Source: Bacteroidia bacterium (GTDB lineage Bacteria; Bacteroidota; Bacteroidia; Flavobacteriales_D; JAUILH01). Taken from it: 64,000 nt of DNA. This document shows positions 19,117-26,972 of this stretch, piece by piece (the stretch's first letter is position 1; each line of letters starts with the position of its first letter). Location: NCBI GenBank assembly GCA_030433115.1, contig JAUILH010000005.1:4592-68591 (forward strand), given 5' to 3'. The notes below the pieces were generated by a model, which saw only the letters and a program-made list of their open reading frames with translations, ran no database searches and was not told the origin of the DNA. The position numbers were made by a program, and so were the translations under genes.

Positions 19117-22074
19117 ATGCAGATGCCCCATTATTTAAAAGTTTGTTTTGGAATCCTTTTTCTCAGTTTCAGTCATGCTAATATGACTAACGCTTCTACA
19201 CCATTTGGACTACCGAAATACACTTACTTTGTTGATCCATTCATTGGAACAGGAGGTCACGGACACACTTTTCCCGGACCAACCATGCCATTTGGAATGG
19301 TTCAATTATCTCCGGACACCAGATTAAGCGGTTGGGATGGTTGTTCAGGCTATCATTATTCCGATAGCATCATTTATGGATTCAGTCATACCCACCTCAG
19401 CGGCACTGGTGTTTCAGATTATGGTGATATTCTGATCATGCCAGCAAAAGGCATTATCGACTTCAATAAAATTAAGGATGATGAGAGTCGGTATGACAGT
19501 TATAAATCCTCATTCAAAAAAGACAACGAAGAAGCGGCCCCTGGATATTACTCCGTCTTTCTTGATAAACCACAAATCAAGGCAGAAATGACTTGTACTT
19601 ACAGAACGGGGATTCACCGATACACGGTTGAAGAAGGGGGCACCTACTCGTTTGTGATAGATTTGAAACACAGAGACAAACTACTCCAACACAAAATGAC
19701 TCTAATGGGCAATATGGTAAGTGGTTATAGAGTTTCTGAGGCCTGGGCAAAAGAACAACACGTTTACTTTTATGCTGAATGCTCCAAAACAGCTACTTCT
19801 TATAACATGAATCAAGACCAAAGCTTGTTGAGTATGGTGTTTGAACTGGAAGCAGGTGACACCGTTCAGTGGCGAGTTGGGATCAGTCCGGTTGACATCC
19901 AAGGCGCGAAAAACAACCTCAACGCAGAAGCCCATCATTGGAAATTTGAAAATTATAGACGACAGGCTGGAAATACCTGGAATATGCAACTGGGCAAGAT
20001 TGAAGCAACCATAAATGGCGTGTCTCCAACAGGTAAATTCTCAAGGACAGATATGAATTTCCTCACTAAATTCTACACGGCTTTCTATCACTCGATGATT
20101 GCGCCCAATGTATTCTCTGATGTGGATGGCAGATACCGAGCCCTGGATCAAACCATCAAAAAAACAGACCCAAACTATCCGCATTTTAGTGTGTTCTCTC
20201 TATGGGACACTTTTAGGGCAGCACACCCCCTATTCACCTTAACGCATCCCATTGAAACCAAATACTTCATCCAATCTTTCGAAAGGCATTTTAATGACGG
20301 GGGACAACTTCCAGTCTGGGAATTAGCTGGAAATTATACCGGCTGCATGATAGGCTATCATAGTGTTTCGGTTATTGCAGACGCTGCTATGAAAGGTCTT
20401 ATCAGTAAAGCAACTGTAAAGAGGATGTTGCCTATGATGATTGCGTCTGCTGACAGTTCTCATCTGGGAATAGATGACTACCGATCCTGCGCTTACATTC
20501 CCTCTGACGCCGAACATGAATCTGTTTCCAAAACGTTAGAATATGCTTACGACGACTGGTGTATTGCACAATGTGCTAAATTGGTTGGCGTAGATAGTGT
20601 TTACCAACGTTTCATTAAACGTGCCCAGTACTACAAAAACATCTTTGATCCGGCTACTGGTTTTATGACCCCAAAATTGAACGGTGGCTGGCGCGAGGGA
20701 TTCGATCCTAAAGAAGTCAACTTCAACTTTACGGAAGCCAATTCTTGGCAATACAGCTACTTTGTTCCGCACGATTTAGATGGCCTCTTCGAACTACACG
20801 GCGGAAAGGCTCAATTTGAAGCACACCTAGATAAGATGTTTACCGCAAGTTCCAATACAACAGGAAGACAACAAGCGGATATCACAGGATTGATAGGTCA
20901 GTACGCACATGGCAACGAACCCAGCCATCATGTAGCGTTTTTGTATCACTATTTAGGTCGACCAGACAAAACCACAAAACGTGTTAATACCATTTTAGAT
21001 AGTTTATACACCATTGCTCCCGATGGTTTAAGTGGCAATGAAGATTGTGGTCAGATGAGTGCCTGGTTTGTGATGGCATCAATGGGCCTATATCAGGTGA
21101 ATCCGGGAGACCCCAACTATGTGCTAATGCCTTCGATATTTGATAAGGTGCGACTAAACGATGGACTGGGCAATAGTTTCAGCATTGAAACGAAAGGGAA
21201 TGGTTCTTATGTAAAATCGTTGACCATTGACGGGAAGAAATATCCGAAATCTCATATCTCTCATAAAGATTTGATAGGCAAAAACCTGGTTTATGACCTA
21301 AGTTCGGAAAACTCGAATTGGGGCGTATTGATTGAACATGCTCCCAAAACCAGCATTCCTGAATCGGAACACATTGTGCCAAATCCCTATCTGGTTTCAG
21401 AGCATGGGCGCGCCTTTAAAGATGACAATACCATTCAATTTAAACATGTAGACAAGAATGCTAAAATTTACTATCGCCTGAATGAATCTGAACCTGCATT
21501 GGCCGAGGGCGAGCTAACAATTACTGACAACGCTAACATCAAATTTTGGGCAGAGAAGCATGGTGAAAAAAGTAAAATCGAAAGCGCTGAATTCGTGAAA
21601 CAATCTCATAATTATTCTATTGAATACAAGTGCAAGTTCAACAATCAATACAATGCTGGTGGAGAGAAGGCGTTAATTGATGGCATTAGAGGAAATAACG
21701 ATTTTAGAACAGACAACTGGCAAGGATTTTACAATCAGGATTTCCACGTGATTGTTGATTTAAAAAAGAAAAGGAGAGTAACAAAAGTGACTGTGGGTGC
21801 ACTGCAAGACATTAAATCCTGGATTTGGTTTCCGGAATCTGTAGCCGTATTCACATCAAAAAATGGCAAAAGATGGAAGCAAGTAGCTGGTGCGATTGAT
21901 GAAACACACAAAGATCAATATGGCTCATTCATTTTGGATTACGAAATGACTTTTAAGAAGCGAAAAGCAAAATACGTGAAGGTATTTATGAAGAACCCGG
22001 GTCCTAACCCTGATTGGCACTTGGGTGCTGGCAACCCAACCTGGTTGTTTGTGGATGAGATTATTGTTGAGTAG
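19117..22074 (+). CDS. Glycoside hydrolase family 92 alpha-mannosidase with a C-terminal discoidin/CBM-like domain
   Basis: 'FVDPFIGTGGHGHTFPGPTMPFGMVQLSPDT', 'HTHLSGTG', 'GNEPSHHVAFLY' and 'GNEDCGQMSAW' are GH92 signatures. The start is ambiguous (GTG 19102, ATG 19117 or ATG 19123); a signal peptide follows. Confidence 0.85.
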   Translation: MQMPHYLKVCFGILFLSFSHANMTNASTPFGLPKYTYFVDPFIGTGGHGHTFPGPTMPFGMVQLSPDTRLSGWDGCSGYHYSDSIIYGFSHTHLSGTGVSDYGDILIMPAKGIIDFNKIKDDESRYDSYKSSFKKDNEEAAPGYYSVFLDKPQIKAEMTCTYRTGIHRYTVEEGGTYSFVIDLKHRDKLLQHKMTLMGNMVSGYRVSEAWAKEQHVYFYAECSKTATSYNMNQDQSLLSMVFELEAGDTVQWRVGISPVDIQGAKNNLNAEAHHWKFENYRRQAGNTWNMQLGKIEATINGVSPTGKFSRTDMNFLTKFYTAFYHSMIAPNVFSDVDGRYRALDQTIKKTDPNYPHFSVFSLWDTFRAAHPLFTLTHPIETKYFIQSFERHFNDGGQLPVWELAGNYTGCMIGYHSVSVIADAAMKGLISKATVKRMLPMMIASADSSHLGIDDYRSCAYIPSDAEHESVSKTLEYAYDDWCIAQCAKLVGVDSVYQRFIKRAQYYKNIFDPATGFMTPKLNGGWREGFDPKEVNFNFTEANSWQYSYFVPHDLDGLFELHGGKAQFEAHLDKMFTASSNTTGRQQADITGLIGQYAHGNEPSHHVAFLYHYLGRPDKTTKRVNTILDSLYTIAPDGLSGNEDCGQMSAWFVMASMGLYQVNPGDPNYVLMPSIFDKVRLNDGLGNSFSIETKGNGSYVKSLTIDGKKYPKSHISHKDLIGKNLVYDLSSENSNWGVLIEHAPKTSIPESEHIVPNPYLVSEHGRAFKDDNTIQFKHVDKNAKIYYRLNESEPALAEGELTITDNANIKFWAEKHGEKSKIESAEFVKQSHNYSIEYKCKFNNQYNAGGEKALIDGIRGNNDFRTDNWQGFYNQDFHVIVDLKKKRRVTKVTVGALQDIKSWIWFPESVAVFTSKNGKRWKQVAGAIDETHKDQYGSFILDYEMTFKKRKAKYVKVFMKNPGPNPDWHLGAGNPTWLFVDEIIVE

Positions 22075-23490
22075 TTAGTCCCTTTTAGACCCAGTCTTAA
22101 TCTCATGCTTTAAAACGCCCAACGCGCTGTTGTAGTCTTTGATTTCAACAAAACGTCCATGACCTTTATCTGCCACTTCCTGCAGATTCTCTTTATAGCG
22201 TTCCACGGTTTTCACGCCCAACACACTAATGGTTATGTCTTTTTTAACACCTTTTTTGATGGTTTTCTTAAACAGCCGATCTTCCTGATTAAACGCGCCA
22301 TCGGTGGTAAGAATGATGGTGTTATTTCCCTTACCTAAGTAATGAGACATGGCTTCCTTGTATCCTGTTCTGATTCCCAAACCACCGTTGGTTTTCCCAG
22401 TGGCACGCAGTCCCTTAATAATGGCTTCAATGCTTTCTTTATTCTCTGCTGTTGCCAGAACAGGCTCTGCAATAACGCGGGCATTGGACGAGAACGATAC
22501 CAGACCAATACGATCTACCGGTCTTAACATATCCAACAGTTCCAACATAGAGGTTTTGAGCAAATCTAATTTACCATGTTGGTTCATGGAAGAAGAGATA
22601 TCGAGCACTAAAATGATGTTATTTGGTTTATACAAATCTACTGAGAACTCTGAAGAATCTATTTTGGTAGGCGTGCTCACGATGGTTTCATCTTCAGGCT
22701 CATCTTCTTCCGTCATGTCAATTACAATTTCATCAAAGTCTTCTTCCGGAACTACTGGTTCGGTTACGGCCAAATCCTCAATAGAATCCTTAGGTTCTAA
22801 ATGTACTATCGGGGGTTGTTCCTCTACTTTTGGCACCAACTCTATGACCAAAGTATTGCGCTTGCGATTCACAAAGGCATCAAATTCCTTAGGGAAATAA
22901 TTGTCTGCTGTGGTCACAAAATAGTAGTATCCCAGTGGGAATTCTTTTTCTACCAAACCAGACCGATTAGTTTTCCATGAATAAGCCGGTCTGCCATCTT
23001 TAATGATCTGGACGGCTGCTTTATGAATGGGTTCTTTGGTATTGGCATTGATGACCTTGACCTTAAAATCAAAGGACATTTGCTGCTCCATGGTGGTATT
23101 ACCACTAAAGTCCGGACACGTTGGAGATGCATCTGCCGGAAGTTCCTCTACATAGCCCTTTAGCTTAATGATAGTAGGCTGGTTTGAAGAACTCATGAAA
23201 ACCCATACATCACTTTTAAAGGCACCTCTTGCAGCAGGATTAACCTTTAATCTAAGGGTTTCTTTAGAATTGGGTTCAATGGTTTTGTTGGAATACAGAT
23301 AACGCACTTCACGTTCTGCATTGACTCTTAAGATGTACACTTTATCGGCGCCACTGTTGCTGATCTCTACATCTACATACCGTTGCGCAAAGGCATCCAT
23401 TTTTCCGAAATCGTGCTTTTTCAGGGAAAACTCAACCTGAGCAAACATGCTCATAGGCAATAACAAACTTATGATGCAAAACAGTCGCAT
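22075..23490 (-). CDS. Secreted von Willebrand factor A (VWA) domain protein
   Basis: Signal peptide 'MRLFCIISLLLPMSMFAQ'. Acidic linker. MIDAS 'ILVLDISSSMN' followed by 'GLVSFSS' and 'TDGAFN'. The N-terminal beta-rich region is DUF1573-like, which I hold weakly. Confidence 0.75.
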   Translation of the reverse strand: MRLFCIISLLLPMSMFAQVEFSLKKHDFGKMDAFAQRYVDVEISNSGADKVYILRVNAEREVRYLYSNKTIEPNSKETLRLKVNPAARGAFKSDVWVFMSSSNQPTIIKLKGYVEELPADASPTCPDFSGNTTMEQQMSFDFKVKVINANTKEPIHKAAVQIIKDGRPAYSWKTNRSGLVEKEFPLGYYYFVTTADNYFPKEFDAFVNRKRNTLVIELVPKVEEQPPIVHLEPKDSIEDLAVTEPVVPEEDFDEIVIDMTEEDEPEDETIVSTPTKIDSSEFSVDLYKPNNIILVLDISSSMNQHGKLDLLKTSMLELLDMLRPVDRIGLVSFSSNARVIAEPVLATAENKESIEAIIKGLRATGKTNGGLGIRTGYKEAMSHYLGKGNNTIILTTDGAFNQEDRLFKKTIKKGVKKDITISVLGVKTVERYKENLQEVADKGHGRFVEIKDYNSALGVLKHEIKTGSKRD

Positions 23491-23763
23491 GTGACAATGG
23501 TAAACAATTATTGTGCAAAAGCCGAAAGCGTAACGATTTTAATTCAGCAAATCACAAGCATGTTTCTCTCCTATTAAATATATGTTATGTACAAATAATC
23601 AAGTTGTACGATTCAAATCCCGCAACAGAGGTAATTAAAAAAACCGTTTGCTTAACCACAATATATGCTCAACCAAATACACTTTTATTTCGACTAAATA
23701 TTTAATATTCCCTTAATCAATCCAGTGGTTCAAAAGCACTCATTACTCCCGAATTTTGCGCCA

Positions 23764-25698
23764 ATGCTCACAATAAAGAACTTACCAATTAAGAAGAAAC
23801 TCGTCTTAATTTTTATTGGATTCATACTAATTACAACGGGATATCTGCTTCTTGACAATCACTTTCAATCTAAACGAAAGAAACTTGACCTAAGCTTGAA
23901 TAAAATCTATGATCTGGAAGTGCAAATCAATCAGATGCTTTATTATCAGAATGAATTTTTGTTAGAGGGTTTGATTGATCCTCTCTTTTTCGAAACCGGT
24001 AAATGTCCCCCACTAATTAAAAGTGACAGTTTAAAAGCGTTGATCATGTCATCAATAGATAAACTCAATCAGTCTCACTTCATCCACTCATATGAGCATC
24101 TAAAAGCACGCTTGGCAACATTGCATAAGGATATAGAGAAACTTTCAGGAACACTGGATAACATTACCATGGTGTCGTTACAAAGAGGTTTTAAGGCATA
24201 TGGACAGGAAGGTCAAATGAGACAGTATGCACACGAAATAGAAAATCGATTTAATCACTTAATAGAACTTTCGGATTTACTGCTACTGAGACGACATGAG
24301 AAAGACTATTTTTTAAGGAAGGATAACGCTTATGTGGTTAAGTTTGACCGACAATACGACAAAATTTTAAAGAGCCTGATAACCGGAGCTGATTCAAAAG
24401 AGCAGCAGAAGATAGTTGAGCTTTTACTGGCCTACCAGAATAAATTTCATCAAGTTGTAAAGAGCGAGGAAACCATTGGATTTAAGGATAAAACCGGTTT
24501 GAGGGCCGAACTCAAACACCTCACACAAAAGGTGAACGCTGGGCTTAAGGTGATTAAGCGCGATACCCAAGATCAATCGGAAATGATATTTAATGATTAC
24601 AACAACTATCTCAAAATTGGGCTGATTGGCTATTTCAGTATATTGATCTTACTAAGTTTGTTCCTGGCAGAAAAGCTCACTCAACGACTCCGGTATGTTA
24701 CAGATAGCATAAACTTATTTGTTCAAAGTGATTTTGAAAAAACGACTTTGTTTTCCAACGAAATTGGAAAAGATGAAATCGGAAACCTGGCAAAAAATTT
24801 TCAAATTCTGGAACATGAAATCTCCGTTCATTTTAAAAATTTCAGGGAGTCAACCATTAAAAAAGAACGAGAGATTTTAGAAAAAAATGCCATTCTGGAA
24901 GATGCCCACACACTCATAAAACAACAGAATAAAGACATTTTAGACAGTATTAAGTATGCAGAACGCATTCAGACATCCATTCTTCCATCGCCAACAAATA
25001 TCAATAGGCTGCTTCATGAACATTTTGTGATATACAGACCTAAGGACATTGTTTCTGGTGACTTTTATTGGATAGAAAATTTTCGAGGAAAGTTGTTTGT
25101 GTGTTTAGCCGACTGCACTGGGCATGGTGTACCTGGTGCTTTTATGAGTCTGATTGGTCATAATCATCTCAATCAGGCAGTTTTTGAAAAAAACCTTTTT
25201 GAACCGGACCTCATTCTTTCATATATGAATATTGCGATAATGGCCACACTTGAAAAAAATCGTCAATCTCAAATAGTACGAGATGGTATGGATATGGCAT
25301 TGATTTGTGTGGATTTGGAAACGTCTGAACTGTCTTTTTCCGGAGCCCAGAGACCTCTGATTATCATTAGGGATAATGAGTTAATTGAATTTAAAGGACA
25401 TAGAATGCCTGTAGGTGGATTTATTTCATCTAACGTCCAATATCCTATGGATCGTATCCAACTGGAAAAAGGAGATCAGATTTACATGTTTACAGATGGG
25501 TATACCGACCAATTTGGTGGTCCGGACCGTGCAGGCAAAGGAAAAAAATTTAAAACCATTCAGCTCAAAAACCTACTCTACTCCATCAGGAAAGACAATA
25601 TGAAAACCCAAAAAGAACTGCTGACAGAGGCTTTCGATCTTTGGAAAGGCAATCATGACCAGATAGATGATGTCTCCCTAATTGGTTTTAAAGTCTAG
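23764..25698 (+). CDS. Membrane-anchored HAMP-domain PP2C/SpoIIE-family serine phosphatase
   Basis: Two TM segments flank a ~270-aa extracytoplasmic region. HAMP-like 'IGKDEIGNLAKNFQILEHEI'. PP2C/SpoIIE motifs 'SGDFYW', 'LADCTGHGVPGAFMS', 'DGMDMAL', 'MFTDGYTDQFGG' and 'DDVSLIGF'. I prefer ATG 23764 over GTG 23725. Confidence 0.8.
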   Translation: MLTIKNLPIKKKLVLIFIGFILITTGYLLLDNHFQSKRKKLDLSLNKIYDLEVQINQMLYYQNEFLLEGLIDPLFFETGKCPPLIKSDSLKALIMSSIDKLNQSHFIHSYEHLKARLATLHKDIEKLSGTLDNITMVSLQRGFKAYGQEGQMRQYAHEIENRFNHLIELSDLLLLRRHEKDYFLRKDNAYVVKFDRQYDKILKSLITGADSKEQQKIVELLLAYQNKFHQVVKSEETIGFKDKTGLRAELKHLTQKVNAGLKVIKRDTQDQSEMIFNDYNNYLKIGLIGYFSILILLSLFLAEKLTQRLRYVTDSINLFVQSDFEKTTLFSNEIGKDEIGNLAKNFQILEHEISVHFKNFRESTIKKEREILEKNAILEDAHTLIKQQNKDILDSIKYAERIQTSILPSPTNINRLLHEHFVIYRPKDIVSGDFYWIENFRGKLFVCLADCTGHGVPGAFMSLIGHNHLNQAVFEKNLFEPDLILSYMNIAIMATLEKNRQSQIVRDGMDMALICVDLETSELSFSGAQRPLIIIRDNELIEFKGHRMPVGGFISSNVQYPMDRIQLEKGDQIYMFTDGYTDQFGGPDRAGKGKKFKTIQLKNLLYSIRKDNMKTQKELLTEAFDLWKGNHDQIDDVSLIGFKV

Positions 25699-26573
25699 AA
25701 ATTGATGTACATCTGCGGATTAACCGGGCTCCCGTTTTGCCACAGTTCAAAATGCAAATGAGGACCGGAAGTATACTCACCGGAATTACCAATAATGGCA
25801 ATGGGTTCTCCAGCCTCTACCTTCTCTCCTACTTCTTTGAGCAGCACAGAGTTGTGTTTGTATACGGAAATTAGATTGTTGGAGTGTTGAATTTGAATGA
25901 CATGCCCGGCATCTGAGGTCCATGAAGCAAATATGACCGTACCATCTAAAGTGGCTTTAATACCTTCGTTTTCGGCTGCCACTACATCTACCCCCATGTG
26001 TCCTTTTTCTGCCGCAAAACTTTGTGATACTGTACCAGTAATTGGCGTAAAAAAGAACACATTACCCATGCCATTGTCATTGCCCATGCCGCCATTCTGA
26101 CTTTCGAGCAAAAATTTCCTTTCTTCTTCCATCTGAACTCTTAGTAGGCTATCCTCTTCCGAACTGCTGAGTTCCAATTCCTGATCTTTGTATTCCAGAG
26201 TGTCTAGCCCATAGCTGGAAGTGTCGCCAGGAATGCCATCGTTTAGGATGGTGGCGATGGATTGGTAATATCTGGTGGTAGCTTCTATGGCTTTGGTATT
26301 AATTTGATTGGTTTCTTGAGCCACCTTTTGGATTTGGGCTTTTTCTGAGCCGTCTGGAAAACCAGGGATGAGCCTTTTAATGGGTGTATATGCCACAATG
26401 AGGTAAGTGCCAACAATGAGAAGTAAAGAAAAACTGAGGAAAATGCTGATGATATTGAGGTTGGACAATTGGAAAGATTTTCTTTCTGAAAAAGTTTTGA
26501 TGTCCATAGATACCCAACGTCTTTTTTGACGCAAACGGTCCCACCAACTTTCCTTTTCTTCCAATTCTGACAT
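25695..26573 (-). CDS. Membrane-anchored M23 family metallopeptidase
   Basis: N-terminal TM 'IISIFLSFSLLLIVGTYLIVAY'. M23 motifs 'GHMGVDV' (HxxxD) and 'GNSGEYTSGPHLHFEL' (HxH). Confidence 0.8.
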   Translation of the reverse strand: MSELEEKESWWDRLRQKRRWVSMDIKTFSERKSFQLSNLNIISIFLSFSLLLIVGTYLIVAYTPIKRLIPGFPDGSEKAQIQKVAQETNQINTKAIEATTRYYQSIATILNDGIPGDTSSYGLDTLEYKDQELELSSSEEDSLLRVQMEEERKFLLESQNGGMGNDNGMGNVFFFTPITGTVSQSFAAEKGHMGVDVVAAENEGIKATLDGTVIFASWTSDAGHVIQIQHSNNLISVYKHNSVLLKEVGEKVEAGEPIAIIGNSGEYTSGPHLHFELWQNGSPVNPQMYINF

Positions 26574-26655
26574 TGGTACAAATATCTGACATTATTTTTA
26601 ATAGGCTGGAGAGTTTAACAGTTCTTAAGGTTTGAGACTGCTTATCCTTTAAAAT

Positions 26656-26882
26656 CGACCAACAACCATCACTCAGAGGAGGAACGACGAAGGAGTCTGC
26701 TTGTTGGTTGATTGGGCACTGGCAGAGGTGGAAAACCCGGAGACTGGTTTAGTCTAGGGCTTGTAGCCGAAAAAATGCGACACCGGAGCACTTTTTGCGG
26801 CATACAAAACGGCTAAGCCAGTTGAGGATTTGAAGACGGAGACAGAGCGGGTTTGACAGGTGGGCGGACATTGCCCCCAACC
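26656..26882. ncRNA. Candidate structured RNA element of unknown family; strand undetermined
   Basis: A GC-richer block sits in an AT-rich divergent intergenic region, with no ORF of 60 aa or more. Several hand-verified helices and two sets of mutually exclusive pairings are given in the findings. No convincing match to any RNA family I can recall. Confidence 0.3.
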
Positions 26883-26908
26883 AATTGACTGTGCTTTTAT
26901 AGCAAGGA

Positions 26909-26942
26909 TTGACAATATATTCCAATAAATAAAATATTTTTG
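26909..26942 (+). promoter_or_regulatory. Candidate Bacteroidota promoter (-33 TTG / -7 TATTTTTG) for the PorW/SprE-like gene
   Basis: TTG at 26909-26911 and 'tatttttg' (TAnnTTTG) at 26935-26942. The 23-nt spacer is at the long end. It lies ~30 nt upstream of the proposed TTG start at 26973. Confidence 0.4.
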
Positions 26943-26972
26943 TGTGTTTGCAGTTATTACAAAGGTTTGTCT

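Noticed and set aside
22349-22900. 183-aa plus-strand ORF antisense to the VWA gene.
   Set aside because: Its Ser-rich low-complexity translation mirrors the acidic linker of the sense gene. It has no motifs and is fully nested in a CDS with a clear MIDAS motif.
23511-23705. 64-aa ORF in the VWA/PP2C divergent spacer.
   Set aside because: It lies in an AT-rich promoter region and starts with a non-ATG codon. It has no signal or motif, and its composition is typical of non-coding spacer.
26713-26820. Partial resemblances to several RNA families: ZTP/pfl ('cactggcagaggtggaaaacccggagac'), cobalamin ('ggtggaaaaccc', 'agccag') and RNase P CR-IV/V ('acaaaacggctaagcc').
   Set aside because: Each case matches only one short block. 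The obligatory partner motifs are absent on the same strand: the ZTP 'CCGCCUGGGC' pseudoknot, the B12 box in context, and the RNase P 'GAGGAAAGUCCGGGC'. The flanking genes are also unrelated to those regulons. This needs a covariance-model search rather than judgement by eye.
26845-26885. The segment 'gagcgggtttgacaggtgggcgg' resembles the 5' region of Bacteroidota tmRNA ('GGUUUUGACAGCGGGCAG').
   Set aside because: There is no GGGG acceptor start, no tag-peptide reading frame, and no T-arm or CCA-proximal 3' end. The next CDS begins ~90 nt downstream, leaving no room for a ~400-nt tmRNA.
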